Source of the DNA: Podarcis melisellensis | Lineage: Eukaryota | DNA: 64,000 bases | NCBI GenBank assembly: GCA_964234715.1 | Contig: OZ174279.1 | Reading direction: 5' to 3' (one strand) | Part shown: piece by piece, positions 61,001 to 64,000 of the stretch | Layout: every line of letters starts with the position of its first letter | Position numbering within the stretch: position 1 is the first letter of the stretch | Notes under the pieces: generated by a model | The model's input: only the letters and a program-made list of their open reading frames with translations | Database searches by the model: none | What the model was told of the DNA's origin: nothing | Translations under genes and position numbers: made by a program

Positions 61001-61795
61001 CCTTAAAACATATGTTTGCAAGTTAATTGTTACTATAGCAGCCTGTCGTTATTCATACCAATCAATAAGCTACTTGATTTTAGTGGCTCTCTTTTGGTTG
61101 TTTAAATCAATGGTCATTTATTTCAATTGGCTTGGTTTAAACCCACACATCCTGGGAGACACAGACACCCTAGTTAAATACCCCAGCAACTGATACTGGT
61201 AAGGAACAAAACATGTAGAAGCCAGACGGCGTGGTATTTACCCGCCTAACTGGGCTTTGACATGCACCAGCCTACTACCACGTCCTCACTTTATTCTGAC
61301 AAGAGGGCTCTGATCTGGCGATTACCCTCGGGGGCTCCTTGGAACCTCCCGATTCTTTAGCACGCGAAAAGGCATACTACACATGCTCAGAGGCACTCTT
61401 ATCCCCGTTCCTGGTCTGCTTTCAGGGCGCTTCACAACCACAACAGCCATGCGATCCCGCCGAAGAGGGGGAGCCAGGCGTCCGCTGCCCTCTCGCTGGG
61501 CAAGGCCGAGCTCCCCACTAACGCCTTCCAGCTCTGCCCAGCTAGGCCCACTTTGCCCTGCCGCCCCTCCGGCTCCCTCCATGCGCAGCCGACCCCTTCT
61601 TCCGGGTTGATCCCGGCCCAGCTGGCTTGCCTCAGCCCCGGCTCCTCGTCCTCCTCCCTCGCTTCTCTTTCCCGAAGCCTTCTCGGCGTTGCTCGTTTGC
61701 CTCGCCGCCCTCCCAGTCCGGTTCCCCCTTCGCTTACCGAAGATGCCTTGCACGATACTGAGGGGGCAGTTCAGCCAGTCCGCCACACACGGCAT
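36591..61795 (-). CDS. MCMBP: Mini-chromosome maintenance complex-binding protein, complete spliced CDS (16 exons, 636 aa)
   Basis: Exons total 1911 nt in frame, from [19 protein letters not shown] to [11 protein letters not shown], collinear with recalled human MCMBP. Confidence 0.98.
36837..37363. mobile_element. hAT element with nested SINE
   Basis: CAGGGGTCAGCAAACT...AGTTTTCTGACTCATG; perfect TSD TTCTAGGT at 36829-36836 and 37364-37371. Confidence 0.85.
37021..37269 (-). mobile_element. MIR/Ther1-related CORE SINE with (TTC)n tail
   Basis: Minus-strand tRNA head GCCAGTGTGGTGTAGTGGTT...GGTTCGCGTC; core GCTGGGTGACCTTGGGCCAGTCAC; (AGA)n on plus. Confidence 0.82.
37561..37972. mobile_element. 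Solo LTR (412 bp)
   Basis: TG...CA termini; 5-bp TSD GTGAC at 37556-37560 and 37973-37977; CpG-rich. Confidence 0.75.
38122..38210 (-). CDS. MCMBP: MCMBP exon 15
   Basis: [30 protein letters not shown]. Confidence 0.96.
38933..39097 (-). CDS. MCMBP: MCMBP exon 14
   Basis: [20 protein letters not shown]...[10 protein letters not shown]. Confidence 0.96.
39770..39903 (-). CDS. MCMBP: MCMBP exon 13
   Basis: [45 protein letters not shown]. Confidence 0.96.
40735..41142 (-). mobile_element. RTE-clade LINE 3' remnant (frameshifted)
   Basis: Minus-strand pieces [26 protein letters not shown] and CPHCGR...[12 protein letters not shown] (C-terminal Cys/His motif). Confidence 0.78.
41158..41373. 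mobile_element. Tc1/mariner (Tigger/pogo-like) MITE
   Basis: TA|CAGTGGTACCTCGGT...ACCAAGGTACCACTG|TA. Confidence 0.87.
43443..43608 (-). CDS. MCMBP: MCMBP exon 12
   Basis: [34 protein letters not shown]...EQGQLDTR. Confidence 0.96.
44190..44307 (-). CDS. MCMBP: MCMBP exon 11
   Basis: [39 protein letters not shown]. Confidence 0.96.
45656..45779 (-). CDS. MCMBP: MCMBP exon 10
   Basis: [42 protein letters not shown]. Confidence 0.96.
46014..46055 (+). repeat. (TTA)n microsatellite
   Basis: About 14 perfect units. Confidence 0.95.
48538..48713 (-). CDS. MCMBP: MCMBP exon 9
   Basis: [58 protein letters not shown]. Confidence 0.95.
49554..49654 (-). CDS. MCMBP: MCMBP exon 8
   Basis: [34 protein letters not shown]. 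Confidence 0.94.
50539..50638 (+). mobile_element. Penelope-like element fragment with 12-bp TSD
   Basis: CTGAAGAAGTGTG..CACACAAAAGCTCATACC...TTAGTTGGTCTCTAAGGTGCTACTGGA; CATCCAAATACA at 50527-50538 and 50639-50650. Confidence 0.75.
51517..51668 (-). CDS. MCMBP: MCMBP exon 7
   Basis: [20 protein letters not shown]...[17 protein letters not shown]. Confidence 0.94.
52189..52318 (-). CDS. MCMBP: MCMBP exon 6
   Basis: [43 protein letters not shown]. Confidence 0.93.
52319..53183 (-). other. U12-type (minor spliceosome) intron 5 of MCMBP
   Basis: 5' site ATATCCTTT (53183-53175); branch point TCCTTAAC (52337-52330); 11 nt from branch motif to exon; no polypyrimidine tract. Confidence 0.92.
52980..53105 (+). 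mobile_element. tRNA(Lys)-like SINE inside the U12 intron
   Basis: ATAGCTCAGTCGGTAGA...CTCTTAATCTCAGGGTTGTGGGTT head; TTCCAACTCTACAATT tail. Confidence 0.75.
53184..53285 (-). CDS. MCMBP: MCMBP exon 5
   Basis: [34 protein letters not shown]|atatccttt. Confidence 0.94.
54250..54400 (+). mobile_element. Degenerate Penelope-like fragment
   Basis: CATGAGCTTTC...CATCTGATGAAG...GAAAGCTCATG...CAGACCAATGTGGCTAC. Confidence 0.55.
54988..55029 (-). CDS. MCMBP: MCMBP exon 4
   Basis: [14 protein letters not shown]|gtgagt. Confidence 0.94.
56074..56214 (-). CDS. MCMBP: MCMBP exon 3
   Basis: [33 protein letters not shown]...TKSC. Confidence 0.96.
57330..57465. mobile_element. Palindromic hAT MITE (136 bp)
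   Basis: TIR CAGGCATCCCCAAACTC/GAGTTTGGGGATGCCTG; near-complete fold-back; TSD TCCTACAG/TCCTAGAG. Confidence 0.9.
58397..58482 (-). CDS. MCMBP: MCMBP exon 2
   Basis: [29 protein letters not shown]. Confidence 0.95.
58759..58915. mobile_element. Degenerate palindromic hAT MITE
   Basis: CAACTCCCATCA...TGATGGGAGTTG; TSD ATTTAGAC/ATTTAGTC. Confidence 0.65.
60537..60960 (+). mobile_element. Solo LTR (424 bp), Gypsy/ERV-like
   Basis: TGTT...AACA termini; 4-bp TSD ATAT; AATAAA at 60837-60842. Confidence 0.72.
61738..61795 (-). CDS. MCMBP: MCMBP exon 1
   Basis: ATG CCG TGT...TTC G|gtaagc; [19 protein letters not shown]. Confidence 0.95.
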
Positions 61796-62118
61796 GTCGT
61801 CGGCTCTCGAACCGGGAGGCACACGCGGGTTTTCACCGACGGTCGCTCAGTATCCCTCCGACGGCGGGCAATGGCGCGCTTCGGCGGGCTGGTGCTTCGC
61901 GAAGAGGCGTTGTCGTCGTCGTCGATAGCGGCGCGCCCGAGGCCGAGCTGACTCTCCTTCTCTCCGCCTCACTTCCCCCTTCCCCTCAGCGCGGGCTCGG
62001 GTTGGCGGGAGATGAGGGGGAGGCGCCGGCGCCGCCATCTTAGAGGCGGGCGGAAGGGGCCGGCCCGGCCGCCCGAGGAACCCGAGAGGCAGCCCGGAGA
62101 CGTGGAAGCGCCACAGCC

Positions 62119-62314
62119 ATGGCTACCCCGAAAGCCTCCGTGGCGGCTGGCGGCTCCTCCTCGGCTGGCGGCGGCACGAACTTGCTCTTCTCCTCGTCGG
62201 CCACCGAGTTCAATTTCACGGTTCCCTTCATCCCCGTCAGCCAAGCCCCTGCCCCTCCGCCTCCTCCAGCCGCTGCTGCCGCCGCCGCCTCGGGGCCTGG
62301 TCTCCTGCCCGCAG
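62119..62314 (+). CDS. SEC23IP: SEC23-interacting protein (p125), coding exon 1; remaining exons beyond window
   Basis: gccATGG Kozak; GTNLLFSSSATEFNFTVPFIPVSQA resembles the recalled human SEC23IP N-terminus; CAG|gtaact donor; conserved synteny with MCMBP. Confidence 0.92.
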
Positions 62315-62777
62315 GTAACTCGGCTTGGACATCTTCGTAGGTCCCCCCCCCCCGCCACATACACCAGGGTTGCTTTTCTGTGGGTTGCCCGCGCCCGAGG
62401 GATTCGTGGGCAGGTGAAAACGCGCGCCCGTTTGTTTGCAGGTGGTGTCGCCCATCTCCCGTTCCTCTCGCGGGCGACTCGCCAACTGGGCAGATAGGCA
62501 CGGGAAGCTTGTTTGTGTGAAAGTGATGCCTTTGGAGGGACTTGGGAGGGAAGTGGCTTGCGCGCCTCCGAAAGGAAGCCCGTGATGGAGAAGGTGTCGT
62601 GGCTTAATTCGTGCCGGACGTCGGACCCGCTAGTGGCGTCTATGAGCCGGAAGCATCACCGGCCAAGAGCCGCCTGCAGGTCTTTTACCAGTTGCTCTTG
62701 ATGGGAATGGTCGCCTCTCAGCCTTTCCATAGAGGTGTCACACAGGCTCTGGTCCTGTTCTCCCCTTCCCTATAAGC

Positions 62778-62937
62778 AGTGCTTTTTTTTTTTTAATTAA
62801 AAAAAGTTTAGGGGTATTTTCATTCTGACTCAAGAAAATCACCATTTTATAGTTCACATCGGGGAAAATAAATACAGTAAATGGGCAAAAGTACAAAGAT
62901 TCACAAAATGTTTAGGGGTATGCGTCCCCCTGCGTCT
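62778..62937. mobile_element. Truncated DNA-transposon (hAT-like) fragment
   Basis: CAGTGCTTTTTT start; repeated GTTTAGGGGTA motif; no matching second TIR. Confidence 0.45.
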
Positions 62938-63010
62938 GCCTAGAAGTTGCCAGATTCAAGCATCCGATGACTGCAGCTCGTAAAAGTTTACATAACAATG
63001 AGCCGGTAGG

Positions 63011-63192
63011 CAGTGGCATAGCATGGGTTGTCAGCACCCGGGGCAAGGCAAGTAATTTGTGCCCCCTAACCCGTGGATTTGCGCCCCCTAACCCGCGGAT
63101 TTTAACCCGTGGATTTGCGCCCCTAACCCTAACCCCCAGATGTTGCGCCTGGTGCGGCCGACCCCCCCTGCACCCCCCACGCTACGCCACTG
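63011..63192. mobile_element. hAT-type MITE with internal CCCTAA-containing repeats
   Basis: TIR CAGTGGCATAGC/GCTACGCCACTG; perfect 8-bp TSD CCGGTAGG. Confidence 0.88.
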
Positions 63193-64000
63193 CCGGTAGG
63201 TCTTTTAAGGAGCCACTCTGCTTCCCACTGGGTGATGACAACGAATTTGGGGGTGAGGTGGGGGAAGGGCATTCCCAGTTAATAAGTATTGTTTCCAGAT
63301 TGAGTTGGCATTTGTATATATTTTTTCTTGAAACAAAGGATTGGAAGGCACAGGCATGTTATGGTGGTGATTCGTGGCTGGGAGAACCTGTTGATGATGG
63401 GGCTTCGGGGAGGGTCTGTAGCACTGAGAAACATGGGAGAATAGCACAGAGATGTATGGAGATTAGCCTCAAAATCTGATGCCTGGGAAGCTGTTAATGT
63501 AACATCAGGTTTGTTTTTTTAAAAAGGACCCAAGGGATCCTGGAAATTATAGGCTATAGCATCGCAAACTAGTATTGCTAAAGATGAAATAACTAAGTAT
63601 ATACTGTAAAAGAAAGAACCTTGCTGAAGGAGAACTAACGTGGCTTCTGCAAGGGTAAGTCCTGGCTCACTTGTCAACCTTGGCCCCCCGGGGAATGGGA
63701 GGGGGGAAAGGATCCAGCATAATTATTTATGCTGAATTTTGGGGAAAGTTTGTCACTATCTTATAGTGGTGAGGCATTTCCTAGGGGCAACATTTTTTGA
63801 GAGAATGCTAGGTAGATCTTGAATTAGGCTAGCTACATCCTTAATGACTCTGCTGTACTAACAGGCAGATTAGAGAATAACACTCTTAACACTGATTGTG
63901 GCCACTGTTACTTGGTGCTTGGCTGCTGAGTGTATTCTGTGTTGTCCTGTAATATTTAGTTTTAGGACTACGTTTTTTGCTGATAACCATGCATGATAAA

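Larger units (their letters stand above)
61400..62700. promoter_or_regulatory. CpG island / bidirectional promoter shared by MCMBP and SEC23IP
   Basis: Very GC- and CpG-rich; divergent ATGs 323 bp apart; YY1 motif GCCGCCATCTT (62031-62041), E2F-like TTGGCGGGA (62002-62010), ETS CGGAAG (62051). Confidence 0.88.

Noticed and set aside
61322-62701. Many long overlapping ORFs on both strands
   Set aside because: Expected from the scarcity of stop codons in a GC-rich CpG island. Only the first exons of MCMBP and SEC23IP are supported.
63061-63137. Short direct repeats resembling a CRISPR array
   Set aside because: Eukaryotic DNA, no unique spacers, and the repeats lie inside a TIR/TSD-bounded MITE.

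Overview
Vertebrate genomic DNA, almost certainly from a squamate reptile (the Sauria SINE and the other repeat families suggest a lacertid lizard). It covers the conserved INPP5F-MCMBP-SEC23IP block. (1) INPP5F/SAC2 is on + with coding exons 2-20 at 7794-32390; exon 1 lies upstream of the window, and the CX5R motif CMDCLDRT is intact. (2) MCMBP is complete on - with 16 coding exons at 61795-36591 (1911 nt, 636 aa + stop), tail-to-tail with INPP5F. (3) SEC23IP exon 1 is on + at 62119-62314, head-to-head with MCMBP across a CpG-island bidirectional promoter. Introns carry SINEs, LINE remnants (L2, CR1, RTE), hAT and Tc1/Tigger MITEs with visible TSDs, two solo LTRs and Penelope fragments with hammerhead-ribozyme remnants. 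Most notable: a U12-type MCMBP intron whose reading frame requires AT-AA ends; a CpG-rich island in INPP5F intron 15 (where mammals start imprinted Inpp5f_v2/v3) with a possible in-frame alternative N-terminus; and a TG..CA solo LTR with an Arg-rich ORF followed by hairpins. Gene and repeat identities come from recalled similarity to known proteins and families, not from a database search.
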